A DNA stretch of 64,000 nt, from contig SVIQ01000001.1 in the NCBI GenBank assembly GCA_015069415.1, forward strand, positions 158,709-222,708, written 5' to 3'. The notes under the pieces are model-generated. The model saw nothing but the letters and a program-made list of their open reading frames with translations, did not search any database and had not been told where the DNA came from. How positions within the stretch are numbered: the stretch's first letter is position 1; every line of letters begins with the position of its first letter. This document shows, in pieces, positions 1 through 8,532 of the stretch. The translations under genes and the position numbers were made by a program. The DNA is from Clostridiales bacterium. GTDB lineage: Bacteria; Bacillota; Clostridia; Christensenellales; UBA1242.

Positions 1-1467
1 ACAATTGATGAAACTAAAGACAATTCAGCCCTTGCAAAATCAATTCTTTACTTATTTGCTCCACTTTCGGCAAGACTTGGTCTAGCACACATTAAATCCG
101 AACTTGAAGACGGTGCGTTTAAAATTCTGTATCCAGAAGAATTTTCTAAAATCAGACAAGAATTAGACAAACGTTATGTCGCTCGACAACCTATTGTTGA
201 CAGTTTAACAGAACTAGTTACAAAGAGCATGCAAGAATTAAACATAAGCGGTCGCGTGTTTGGTAGAAAAAAGCATATATATAGTATTTACAAGAAATTA
301 AAAGAACATGACTTTGATCATATTTACGACCTTGTTGCAGTGCGAGCAATTGTTAATACAGTTGATGACTGTTACACGCTTCTTGGAAAATTACACGGGC
401 AACTAGAACCATTACAACATAGATTTAAAGATTACATAGCAATACCTAAATCTAATGGTTATCAATCGTTACATACAACAGTAATTTTCGAGGGTCTTCC
501 GGTCGAAATTCAAATTCGAACAGAGGAAATGCATAAATTTAATGAGTATGGAGTTGCAGCCCACTGGATTTTCAAAGAAAAACGAAAACAAACAAAATTT
601 GATGAAAGATTGTCTTCTATTAGACAGATGATGGAAGATGAAAATTCATCTTTGGACGAAATTGCTGAATCGTTAAATTCAGACATTTACAGTGAAGAAA
701 TATTTGTTCAAACCCCTAAAGGTAAAGTTATTTACTTACCAACGGGTGCTACTGCCATTGATTTTGCATACGCAATTCATTCAGAAGTTGGAAACAAATG
801 TGTTGGAGCAAAAGTAAACAACAAAATGATTTCAACATCTGCTCCTCTTCGCAATGGAGATATTGTAGAAATTATCACTAACCCAGCAAGTAAAGGACCA
901 TCTCGAGATTGGCTAAAAATTGTTAAAACTTCTGGAGCAAAAGCTAAAATTAATGCATTTTTTAACAAGAATATGAAAGACGAAAACATAAAAACTGGTA
1001 AAACCATGCTTGAAAATGCAATTAAAGACAAAGGATTTGCTGTTAATAAAATTTTAAACAGTAAAAACTTAACAGATGTTTTAGATTACTACAATTTTAC
1101 CGAAGAGGATGAACTTTTCGCAAACATCGGAACTAATGCAATCAGCGCTAAATATACTGCTAACAAATTAATTCAAAATCACAATAAGTCATTAAAAAAT
1201 GAAACAGTTGAATTTAAGCCTAATCTTCCAGTCACTTTACATGCTCCTAGCGAGAAAAACGTTGACATTAAGGGATTAAACAATATCCTTATGAAATTCG
1301 CAGGATGTTGTCAACCAATGTATGGAGATGACATTATTGGATTTGTTTCTGCAGGACGTGGCGTGATTATTCATAGATCAGTTTGCCCAAATGTAAATTA
1401 CTTTAATCCAGATCGTCTTATCGAGGCTTCATGGAAAGAAATTAAAGAAAAACCTAAGAAAAAATAG
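1..1467 (+). CDS. relA: RelA/SpoT-family (p)ppGpp synthetase/hydrolase, 5' end outside window
   Basis: Frame 1 is open from nt 1 (TIDETKDNSALAKSILYLFAPLSARLGLAHIKSELEDGAF...) and runs into tracked ORF 229..1467. It has the synthetase signature DYIAIPKSNGYQSLHTTV, a TGS-like block (VFVQTPKGKVIYLPTGATAIDFAYAIHSEVG) and an ACT-like C-terminus. Confidence 0.9.
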   Translation, partial: TIDETKDNSALAKSILYLFAPLSARLGLAHIKSELEDGAFKILYPEEFSKIRQELDKRYVARQPIVDSLTELVTKSMQELNISGRVFGRKKHIYSIYKKLKEHDFDHIYDLVAVRAIVNTVDDCYTLLGKLHGQLEPLQHRFKDYIAIPKSNGYQSLHTTVIFEGLPVEIQIRTEEMHKFNEYGVAAHWIFKEKRKQTKFDERLSSIRQMMEDENSSLDEIAESLNSDIYSEEIFVQTPKGKVIYLPTGATAIDFAYAIHSEVGNKCVGAKVNNKMISTSAPLRNGDIVEIITNPASKGPSRDWLKIVKTSGAKAKINAFFNKNMKDENIKTGKTMLENAIKDKGFAVNKILNSKNLTDVLDYYNFTEEDELFANIGTNAISAKYTANKLIQNHNKSLKNETVEFKPNLPVTLHAPSEKNVDIKGLNNILMKFAGCCQPMYGDDIIGFVSAGRGVIIHRSVCPNVNYFNPDRLIEASWKEIKEKPKKK

Positions 1468-1484
1468 CAACAACCTAAAAAAAT

Positions 1485-1518
1485 ATCCACAATCTGAAAA
1501 AATTTTGTGGATTTTTTT
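1485..1518 (+). terminator. Rho-independent terminator after relA
   Basis: Stem atccacaa (1485-1492) pairs with ttgtggat (1505-1512) and is followed by a T-run. Confidence 0.6.
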
Positions 1519-1592
1519 AATTTTTTTAAGAAATTATTTGCGAAATTGGAATTTTTACGTTATAATTATAATATCATATAAAAGGAGAGCTT

Positions 1593-1826
1593 ATGAAAGG
1601 TTTTGTTAAATGGTTAGATGACGCTCCAGTATGGCTCAAGTTGGTATTCTGTATTCCACTTCTTGACATTATCTGGGCAGTTTATCGTATCGTTAAAGGC
1701 ATTGCTTACAAGAAAACTTTGGTTTTAATCATAGGTATTCTATGGATTATCCCAGGTGCATTCTTTGGCTGGCTAATTGACTTAATTAGTATTGCTATTA
1801 TGCGTAAGCCTATTTTGGCAGACTAA
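1593..1826 (+). CDS. Small integral membrane protein, unknown function
   Basis: SD aaggagag lies just upstream of the ATG. Two hydrophobic helices are present (VWLKLVFCIPLLDIIWAVY and LVLIIGILWIIPGAFFGWLIDLISIAI). A hairpin tctggc-attc-gccaga plus T-run follows. Confidence 0.6.
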   Translation: MKGFVKWLDDAPVWLKLVFCIPLLDIIWAVYRIVKGIAYKKTLVLIIGILWIIPGAFFGWLIDLISIAIMRKPILAD

Positions 1827-1940
1827 AAAAATTCTGGCATTCGCCAGATTTTTTTATTGCAATAAGACCAAACTATTTTCTTAAACAAAAGAAAAAATGA
1901 GTTTAATAGCACTAAAAAAATCCACTAATAGTGGACTTTT

Positions 1941-3671
1941 TTATTCCTTAATTAATTGAATATGAACATCTCTTAAAAGCTTTTCATCAACTGAGTTTGG
2001 AGCATTTGTCAACGGATCACATCCGTTTTTATTCATAGGGAATGCTATTACATCACGTATAAAATCATTGTGTGTTAGCAACATCATAAGTCGGTCAAAT
2101 CCTGCACCCATTCCACAATGAGGAGGTGCTCCATAAGAGAAAGCGTTGTAAAGAGCTGGGAACTTGTTTTCAACAATTTCTTTTCCGTATCCCGCAATTT
2201 TAAACACTTCAACCATTAAGTCTGGTCTATTGTTTCTTACTCCTCCAGACAAGCATTCATATCCATTGATTACTAAATCATATTGGAAAGCTTTTGCGTC
2301 AAGAGGGTTTTTCTTTAATTCTTCAAGGCTTACCTGAGGCATGCTGAATGGATTGTGAGAAAATTCGATTTTACCCTCATCATCTAATTCGTAGAATGGG
2401 AAGTCAACAATCCACACAAAGCTGAACGCATTTTCGTCGATCAATTCAAGCTTTTTGCCCAATTCTTGTCTTAACATATCGGCAAATTTTATTACTCTAG
2501 TTTTTTCATCTGCAACGAAGAAAATTGTATCGTTATCTTCAAAGCTTAACAAATCTTTTAGTTGAGCTTTTTCTTCAGATGTTACGAATTTACTTATACC
2601 AGTTTCAAATTCTCCGTTTACAACTTTTACATATGCAAGACCCTTAGCTTCTCTTGATTTTAAGAACTCTGTTAACGAATCGTAGAATTTTCTTCCTTTT
2701 TCACCACAATTTACTTTAATTGCTTTAATTACATTTCCATTAAATGCATTAAATGTTGAATTTTTGAATATTTCTGTTACGTCATAAACTTTTAAAGGAT
2801 TTCTAAGGTCCGGCTTGTCACTACAATAATCTCTCATTGCATCTTCATAGCTCAATCTAGCAAATGGCGTTACTGGACGCTTACCAGCAAACTTTTCAAA
2901 TATTCCAGCATATAATTCTTCCGTAACTTGGAAAACATCTTCTTGTGTTGCAAAAGCCATTTCCATATCTATTTGATAGAACTCAGTTGGAGAACGATCT
3001 GCTCTTGCATCCTCATCTCTAAAACAAGGTGCAATTTGGAAATACTTATCCACTCCACTAGTCATTAATAATTGTTTAAATTGCTGAGGAGCTTGAGGAA
3101 GCGCATAGAATTTACCTGGATTAAGTCTACTAGGAACCAAGAAATCTCTCGCTCCTTCTGGACTTGATGCAGTTAGAATTGGAGTTTGAACTTCCAAAAA
3201 TCCTAAGCCATGCATGAAATTTCTAACGTACAACATCAAATCACTTCTTAATTTCAACATTTTTTGATTGTACTCAGCTCGCAAATCCAAATATCTGTGT
3301 TTTAATCTTAAATCTTCGTTAACTTCTTGACTATTCTTAATTTCAAATGGTAACACATTGTCGTTTTTACCTAAAATTTCAACAGTTTCAACTAAAATTT
3401 CAATTTCTCCAGTTTCCATGTTTGGATTTTTGCTAGTTCTCTCAGTAACTTTTCCTTTAATGCAAATAACATCTTCTTTGTTAAGTTCAATGTTTAACGT
3501 TTCAGGAATTATGGCTTGAGTTTTGCCATAAAAATCTCTAAGAACTACAAATGTAATTCCACCCAACTTTCTAATGGTGTCAACAAAACCCGAAAGAGAA
3601 TGCTCTTCTCCAACGTTTTCAATTCTTAAACTTCCGCAATCAACGGTTCTATATTTGTTTTTGTGAATCAT
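1941..3671 (-). CDS. aspS: Aspartyl-tRNA synthetase (bacterial type, class II)
   Basis: 576 aa with class II motifs: ALPQAPQQFKQLLM, CFRDEDARADRSPTEFYQIDMEM and GMGAGFDRLMML. An Asp-specific T-box leader lies upstream. Confidence 0.95.
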   Translation of the reverse strand: MIHKNKYRTVDCGSLRIENVGEEHSLSGFVDTIRKLGGITFVVLRDFYGKTQAIIPETLNIELNKEDVICIKGKVTERTSKNPNMETGEIEILVETVEILGKNDNVLPFEIKNSQEVNEDLRLKHRYLDLRAEYNQKMLKLRSDLMLYVRNFMHGLGFLEVQTPILTASSPEGARDFLVPSRLNPGKFYALPQAPQQFKQLLMTSGVDKYFQIAPCFRDEDARADRSPTEFYQIDMEMAFATQEDVFQVTEELYAGIFEKFAGKRPVTPFARLSYEDAMRDYCSDKPDLRNPLKVYDVTEIFKNSTFNAFNGNVIKAIKVNCGEKGRKFYDSLTEFLKSREAKGLAYVKVVNGEFETGISKFVTSEEKAQLKDLLSFEDNDTIFFVADEKTRVIKFADMLRQELGKKLELIDENAFSFVWIVDFPFYELDDEGKIEFSHNPFSMPQVSLEELKKNPLDAKAFQYDLVINGYECLSGGVRNNRPDLMVEVFKIAGYGKEIVENKFPALYNAFSYGAPPHCGMGAGFDRLMMLLTHNDFIRDVIAFPMNKNGCDPLTNAPNSVDEKLLRDVHIQLIKE

Positions 3672-3862
3672 AATCTCTCCTTTTAATTTGATTGTGTAAT
3701 ACTCGTATTGAAACGAGCAAATTAAAGGTGGTTATATCGTTAGATATAAATCCACTTAAAATTTGATTGTTTAATGCTTGCGTTTTAACAAGCGGATTTT
3801 TAGGAGTTAATATATCGTTAGATACAATCTCTCCTTTTAATTTGATTGTGCAATACTCGTAT
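3672..3862 (-). repeat. Tandem array of about three ~77-nt units in the aspS 5' UTR; the outer units share a 37-nt repeat with one mismatch that includes the Shine-Dalgarno
   Basis: 3672..3708 and 3826..3862 both read aatctctccttttaatttgattgtg[t/c]aatactcgtat. A degenerate middle copy lies around 3751..3776. An inner repeat tatatcgttagata occurs at 3733..3746 and 3811..3824. Confidence 0.85.
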
Positions 3863-3871
3863 CATTAAGAA

Positions 3872-4098
3872 AAATAAAAAATCCCAATGTACTTTGTACA
3901 TTAGGACGAAAATCTTTCCGCGGTGCCACCTAATTTGCTAAAAAATTTAGCCTCTTATTTTGCTTTTGCAAAACTCAAAAGTGTCCTTCATTTTAGCATC
4001 ACTAGTAGGTTCACACTATCTCTACTTCACTTTGAGGTCAAACTAAAACTACTCTCTTTCTCAACGTTTGCATTAAGATGTCTTGATGTTACCATCAT
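3872..4098 (-). promoter_or_regulatory. T-box riboswitch leader (Asp specifier GAC) controlling aspS
   Basis: On the minus strand the T-box sequence is AAATTAGGTGGCACCGCGG (plus 3919..3940). A stem I AGAGAGTAG motif is present. Candidate specifier GAA-G-GAC-A has its GAC at plus 3983..3985. The terminator cctaatgtac-aaa-gtacattggg plus U-run is at 3871..3906. Confidence 0.85.
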
Positions 4099-4105
4099 TA
4101 GTTTT

Positions 4106-4134
4106 ATTATAATTAATTATCTCAAACTTGTCAA
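4106..4134 (-). promoter_or_regulatory. Sigma-70-type promoter for the aspS T-box leader
   Basis: Minus strand reads TTGACA, a 17-nt spacer, then TATAAT (ttgacaagtttgagataattaattataat). Confidence 0.65.
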
Positions 4135-4189
4135 TCCATTTTATTTATTTTTTTTACAAAAGCTAAACAAATTTTTATAAAGAAATTAA

Positions 4190-4218
4190 TTGACAAACAA
4201 CATATTAAATGCTACAAT
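4190..4218 (+). promoter_or_regulatory. Sigma-70-type promoter upstream of tRNA-Thr
   Basis: TTGACA (4190-4195), a 17-nt spacer, then TACAAT (4213-4218). Confidence 0.65.
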
Positions 4219-4320
4219 CTTGTAAATATCTTGGCAAGGAAAAACCAAGTAAATAAAACCGCTAAACAAGGAGGACCATTATGGGATGCTAATTTAGGAC
4301 GAGGGCTTTTGCCCTCATAT

Positions 4321-4396
4321 GCTGATGTGGCACAGTCGGTAGCGCACTGCCTTGGTAAGGCAGAGGTCACGGGTTCAAGTCCCGTCATCAGCTCCA
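4321..4396 (+). tRNA. tRNA-Thr (anticodon GGU)
   Basis: Cloverleaf read by eye: acceptor GCTGATG/CATCAGC, anticodon arm CTGCC-TTGGTAA-GGCAG, T arm ACGGG-TTCAAGT-CCCGT, encoded CCA. The D stem has one A-C mismatch. Confidence 0.85.
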
Positions 4397-4398
4397 TG

Positions 4399-4425
4399 AA
4401 GCACAATATAATTGTGCTTTTTTTA
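4399..4425 (+). terminator. Rho-independent terminator after tRNA-Thr
   Basis: aagcacaat-ata-attgtgctt followed by tttttt. The stop codon of the convergent S-subunit gene starts at 4426. Confidence 0.7.
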
Positions 4426-5529
4426 TTAATTAGAAACATGTTTTGTCTGTTTTATTATCTCATCTTTATATTTAACAACATCTTTAATTACTAACTTTTC
4501 AATTGCTCTAATGTATTCTTCCATATAGTTATAATCAGGATTAATTCCATCAGCAGTAGGTAAAGAAACTTCAAAGTTAAGTGCTAATTTTCGATTAAAC
4601 TTATTTGCATAATCAAAATTTTTACTTAATGCCACATTTTTAAAAACAGTCATAAAATATTGTAAGGATTTTCCATTCCATAAGTCATTTAACGGATACA
4701 TTCCTTGAACATGACTAAACCCGATAAAATCATTAGGCTGATAAAATATTGAATCTGCTGTAGTAGTATCAGAAAAAGTAATAATCCCACCCTTTTCATT
4801 TGGTTTTAGATTAGAATAGCCTCCTATGCCATTATTATTGCTTGTATTTGCAACAACTGGAGTTACTCCATCTTTTGATAGTAAATCAGAATTGTTAATA
4901 CCATATGTTTTTGTTGGATGAATGTCAAATAAGTTACTCACTTTGTAGATTTTGAATTTTTTTGTTGCATTGAGTATTGATATATCATGATCATCTAAAC
5001 ACCAATCATTCAATCCTGTTGCTGTTAAACATTTATCTAATTTATTTATACGTTCTCTTTCCAATTCATTTATCAGTCTTTCCATATAATTATAATCAGG
5101 AGAGACTCCATCGCTTGAGGGCAAATAAACATAATCCTCTTTTAAAGTTTCTTTTCTTGGATAATTATTATATCCTCCATATCCTATTTTTGAAATAGCT
5201 GAAGCCATGAAGAGTTTTTGTTTGGAACTTAATCCAGGCATTTTCATAACTAAAATATTGTTTGCTAATAAAAATTTCCCTTCATGATAAGTTATTGTTC
5301 CACTATATTCACCTCGAGTAGAAATTGTAAGATCATTTTCGAAAACTTCTTCGTTAGAATAATTATCTGTTGTATAATAATTTATTCCATTATTAATTGT
5401 TATCCCACTAATTACTGGAATTCTACCATTAGCTGGATTAGTAAATCTAGATATCCACTGCTTATTTTTACCATAGACCCAACTATCCACATCAAATAAA
5501 TTACCCAACTTAAATCTTTTATATTCCAT
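4426..5529 (-). CDS. HsdS-like DNA specificity subunit (two target-recognition domains); probable BcgIB-like partner of the upstream nuclease-methylase
   Basis: 367 aa with two variable halves. Each half is followed by a conserved helical spacer: SPDYNYMERLINELERERINKLDKCL and NPDYNYMEEYIRAIEKLVIKDVV. It starts 3 nt after the methylase stop. Confidence 0.85.
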   Translation of the reverse strand: MEYKRFKLGNLFDVDSWVYGKNKQWISRFTNPANGRIPVISGITINNGINYYTTDNYSNEEVFENDLTISTRGEYSGTITYHEGKFLLANNILVMKMPGLSSKQKLFMASAISKIGYGGYNNYPRKETLKEDYVYLPSSDGVSPDYNYMERLINELERERINKLDKCLTATGLNDWCLDDHDISILNATKKFKIYKVSNLFDIHPTKTYGINNSDLLSKDGVTPVVANTSNNNGIGGYSNLKPNEKGGIITFSDTTTADSIFYQPNDFIGFSHVQGMYPLNDLWNGKSLQYFMTVFKNVALSKNFDYANKFNRKLALNFEVSLPTADGINPDYNYMEEYIRAIEKLVIKDVVKYKDEIIKQTKHVSN

Positions 5530-5532
5530 AAA

Positions 5533-7590
5533 CTACTCCATCTTTAATATACAAGACATCTTCCACGCCAAATAATCAGATATAGTCTTTTTAAAATCTT
5601 CCATTTGAGGAGCTGTGTCAACTTTTTTATGTTGAGAAAACGTCCAGTCATTACCTTCTAATGATATTGTGTCTTCTATGTATAAACCATTTTCTTTTGT
5701 GTAGTAATTTGTTTTTGGTTTTTTGCCTAAAATCAGCGATTCTATTTCTTCGTATCTTCCTTTTGCATTGTCTGTATCTCTCAAATTCACTTCCTGACTA
5801 GACTTCTTCCTATTTTGCCTTGTATAACCATCTTCTGAAAAATCTATAAATTTAACTAAATCATCTTGTTCATGCGGTCTATTGACTTTAAATAAATATA
5901 TAGCAGTCTGAACTGAAGATTTTCCACAAAAGATATCTGCCATATGTATTGATGCACACAATGTATTGTTTTTTAAAATTCTTTTTGTATAAGGCAATCC
6001 ATTTCCTGAACCTGCATTTTCTTGAATTAGAATACATGCATAACCTGTTGTCATTTTTGAAAGAGCTTCTTCCACAAAATTAAATCCTTTACCCAATGCT
6101 GAATATGGTGGATTTAATAAAAATACCGTTGCCGGGAAAGTGGAGGACACACCCGAATATCTATGACCATCTCCATAAACCATATTTGAAGAACCATCAC
6201 CCATTAATATCATATTTAATATTGCTAGAATATATATATTGCCCAAAATTTCAACACCAAGTAATTGATTTTGTTTAATTTGTGTAATTTTTTCATTTAG
6301 CTTGTCAGTATCTTTTATTTTTTCATGGGCATCTTTAATCATAATATCCATGGCTGACACTAAAAATCCACCTGACCCCATAGCTCTGTCCCATACAAAA
6401 GAATTCATATCTGTCCTTGCAAGTTTCGCCATAAGTCTTGTCACATATCTAGGTGTTAATACAACATCATTTGCAATATCGTTTTCTATAGATACCCAAT
6501 CATTTAAAGAATTCAAAATTTTGCCAGTAAAATCTAAACGCAAATTACTTTCAAGGCACGGTATAATATCCTTATTAACCTGATCAAATAAACCTTTTAA
6601 AATACTTTCACCGTTAACAGGCTTCCACAAAATAGATTTTTCAAAAACAGGATTAAGTAAACTGCATATCATTTTAACTTTATCATTTGAACAATTTTTT
6701 TTATTTAAAAATCCTTTTATTCTTTTTATAATTATTGTTCCATCATTATCATCTTTATCATCATTCCCCTTAAAATCAAAGATATTTAATGGAGCTAAGT
6801 ATTCAGTTTTTAAACTCGCCATTATTAGCCCACAAAATAAGTATAATTTCTCATTGGTTGACAATGCAGTTTTTAATCTATCATTATCATATAAACTTTG
6901 GTGTATTGACTTAATTTTTTGTTCTAATGTTACTTCTGCTTTTAAAGTCATTTGTTCAATTTCTTTTTCAGTCAAAATTAATTTATCTAATATTTCACAA
7001 AGTTTTTCAGAGTTTGAAAATTTTAATAAAGACAAATCATCATCTAATTCCATAATATGCTTTGGCAACCTATTGTTTTTTGTTGATATATAATATGCCT
7101 TGCATTCAGAATTCTTCACGCTTCCATCAACATTTAATTCTGTACCATTAATTCCTATTGCAATAACTTCATTATATGCATTACTATCCAATATAGCATT
7201 TGCGTAATGTATTGCTCCGTTGACAGCATAATTAACCACACTTGAATAATTAGCTTCTCCTGCTTTGTGTTTAATATTTCCAAATTTATCTTTAGTATCA
7301 GCAGAATAAAAAGTAACACCCTCAATTAAACCATATTTAGTTAATTTTTCCAGTTTACCCTTTTCTCCCTTTGCTTCAATCATTATAGGGATTCTCCTTG
7401 CATGCTTGTTTTCAAACAAAACTTGAATATCTGGGAAATTATTTCCGCTCCCCCCAGATTTAGAGTTACTATCTTTTAAAGCCTTTGTAATTGTTGGATT
7501 TATTTCTTCAGTTTTACCGTAATGTCGAATACCAAAATTATCCAAAATCTTTTTAAAATGTTCTTCAACTTTTTCTTCGATACTTCTCAT
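5533..7590 (-). CDS. Fused PD-(D/E)xK-like nuclease / gamma-class N6-adenine DNA methyltransferase (type IIB BcgIA-like or type IIG-like)
   Basis: 685 aa. The N-terminus has FPD(54)...IMIE(72)AK(74)G, encoded at 7369..7431. The SAM motif VWDRAMGSGGFLVSA precedes the catalytic LLNPPYS. No HsdR or helicase gene is in the window. Confidence 0.75.
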   Translation of the reverse strand: MRSIEEKVEEHFKKILDNFGIRHYGKTEEINPTITKALKDSNSKSGGSGNNFPDIQVLFENKHARRIPIMIEAKGEKGKLEKLTKYGLIEGVTFYSADTKDKFGNIKHKAGEANYSSVVNYAVNGAIHYANAILDSNAYNEVIAIGINGTELNVDGSVKNSECKAYYISTKNNRLPKHIMELDDDLSLLKFSNSEKLCEILDKLILTEKEIEQMTLKAEVTLEQKIKSIHQSLYDNDRLKTALSTNEKLYLFCGLIMASLKTEYLAPLNIFDFKGNDDKDDNDGTIIIKRIKGFLNKKNCSNDKVKMICSLLNPVFEKSILWKPVNGESILKGLFDQVNKDIIPCLESNLRLDFTGKILNSLNDWVSIENDIANDVVLTPRYVTRLMAKLARTDMNSFVWDRAMGSGGFLVSAMDIMIKDAHEKIKDTDKLNEKITQIKQNQLLGVEILGNIYILAILNMILMGDGSSNMVYGDGHRYSGVSSTFPATVFLLNPPYSALGKGFNFVEEALSKMTTGYACILIQENAGSGNGLPYTKRILKNNTLCASIHMADIFCGKSSVQTAIYLFKVNRPHEQDDLVKFIDFSEDGYTRQNRKKSSQEVNLRDTDNAKGRYEEIESLILGKKPKTNYYTKENGLYIEDTISLEGNDWTFSQHKKVDTAPQMEDFKKTISDYLAWKMSCILKME

Positions 7591-7844
7591 TTCTCTTCTC
7601 CCTTTTTAATAACCGTTTTTGATTTTTTGTTTTTTAATTTAACATTTATATTGTTTAAGTTTGTTAAAACAACTTGTCCATCTTCTACATAAAAAGCCAA
7701 ACTATCACCAGATTCAACTTGTAAAATATCTCGTATCGTTTTTGGTACAGTAATTTGACATTTAGATGAAAGAATAACTTCTTTTATTTTTTGCATTTCA
7801 CTACTCCATTTTTCTTTACTTTCTTTACTTTTTAAGTATAGCAT
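7587..7844 (-). CDS. AbrB/SpoVT-family DNA-binding protein (likely start at 7796, 69 aa)
   Basis: The swapped-hairpin-type sequence CQITVPKTIRDILQVESGDSLAFYVEDGQVVLTN is present. GGAG lies 7 nt upstream of the internal ATG at 7794..7796. The stop overlaps the methylase start in an ATGA arrangement. Confidence 0.75.
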   Translation of the reverse strand: MLYLKSKESKEKWSSEMQKIKEVILSSKCQITVPKTIRDILQVESGDSLAFYVEDGQVVLTNLNNINVKLKNKKSKTVIKKGEEK

Positions 7845-7913
7845 AAAATAACAACAAATGCAAATAAATAGCTAAAAAACTAGCAAAATTAAATATTGCT
7901 AGTTCACCATTCT

Positions 7914-8510
7914 TTATTCGTTAAACTTTTGACTATATATTTTATCAAAATCCCATCTGTAGTGTAAAACTCTTGTCACATTACCTCTTGTAAGGTTTAA
8001 ATCATATCTAAACTTGTCATAATTTTTATTTATATGTTTAGCAATAAAATCAGCTAGTAAATTATATAATTTCAAACAATAATAATTAAAAGTAAACAAA
8101 AATATTTCATCTATAGCTTCTGCATTACTTTTTTTACTACAACTTATTATAGGCAAAGATTCAAATTCAAAGAACTCGGTTTTACTATGCAACGAAAACA
8201 ATTCCGCATCACAGAAGAAATGTGTAATTAATCCTCTCATCGTTCTAATGTGTTTATATAATTCTTTAATATAGTCATCTTTAATTACTTCATTTATAAT
8301 ATTAACTGTATCCATATATTTTTCATGTTCTTTATATTCTGGGTCCATCCATATTCCGAACAACTTCCATTTTTCTCCAAAAGTTTTTGGATGTTCCACT
8401 TTATGATACCACCAACCAATTTGAATAATTAACCATCTAAGTTGATTAAATATAGATTGCGCTTCACCAATATGTTGATAAATTGATTTTCCTGTTCGCT
8501 GCATAATCAT
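7914..8510 (-). CDS. Hypothetical protein with a possible HEPN-type R-x4-H motif
   Basis: 198 aa, with SD aaaggag upstream. The motif RGLITH (R92..H97) is encoded at 8220..8237. A minus-strand terminator ctagcaa-tatttaatt-ttgctag plus T-run lies at about 7877..7905. Confidence 0.5.
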   Translation of the reverse strand: MIMQRTGKSIYQHIGEAQSIFNQLRWLIIQIGWWYHKVEHPKTFGEKWKLFGIWMDPEYKEHEKYMDTVNIINEVIKDDYIKELYKHIRTMRGLITHFFCDAELFSLHSKTEFFEFESLPIISCSKKSNAEAIDEIFLFTFNYYCLKLYNLLADFIAKHINKNYDKFRYDLNLTRGNVTRVLHYRWDFDKIYSQKFNE

Positions 8511-8532
8511 CTCCTTTTTTGTGATAAATAAA

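Noticed and set aside
3923-4180. 85-aa plus-strand ORF
   Set aside because: It is antisense to the aspS T-box leader and promoter, which explain the region.
4212-4494. ORFs 4212..4439 (-) and 4231..4494 (+)
   Set aside because: Both read through tRNA-Thr and its terminator. The tRNA cloverleaf explains the region.
4426-7590. Classical type I restriction-modification system (HsdR/M/S)
   Set aside because: No HsdR or any helicase-nuclease gene is nearby, and the methylase itself carries an N-terminal PD-ExK-like region. A two-subunit type IIB/IIG-like layout fits better.
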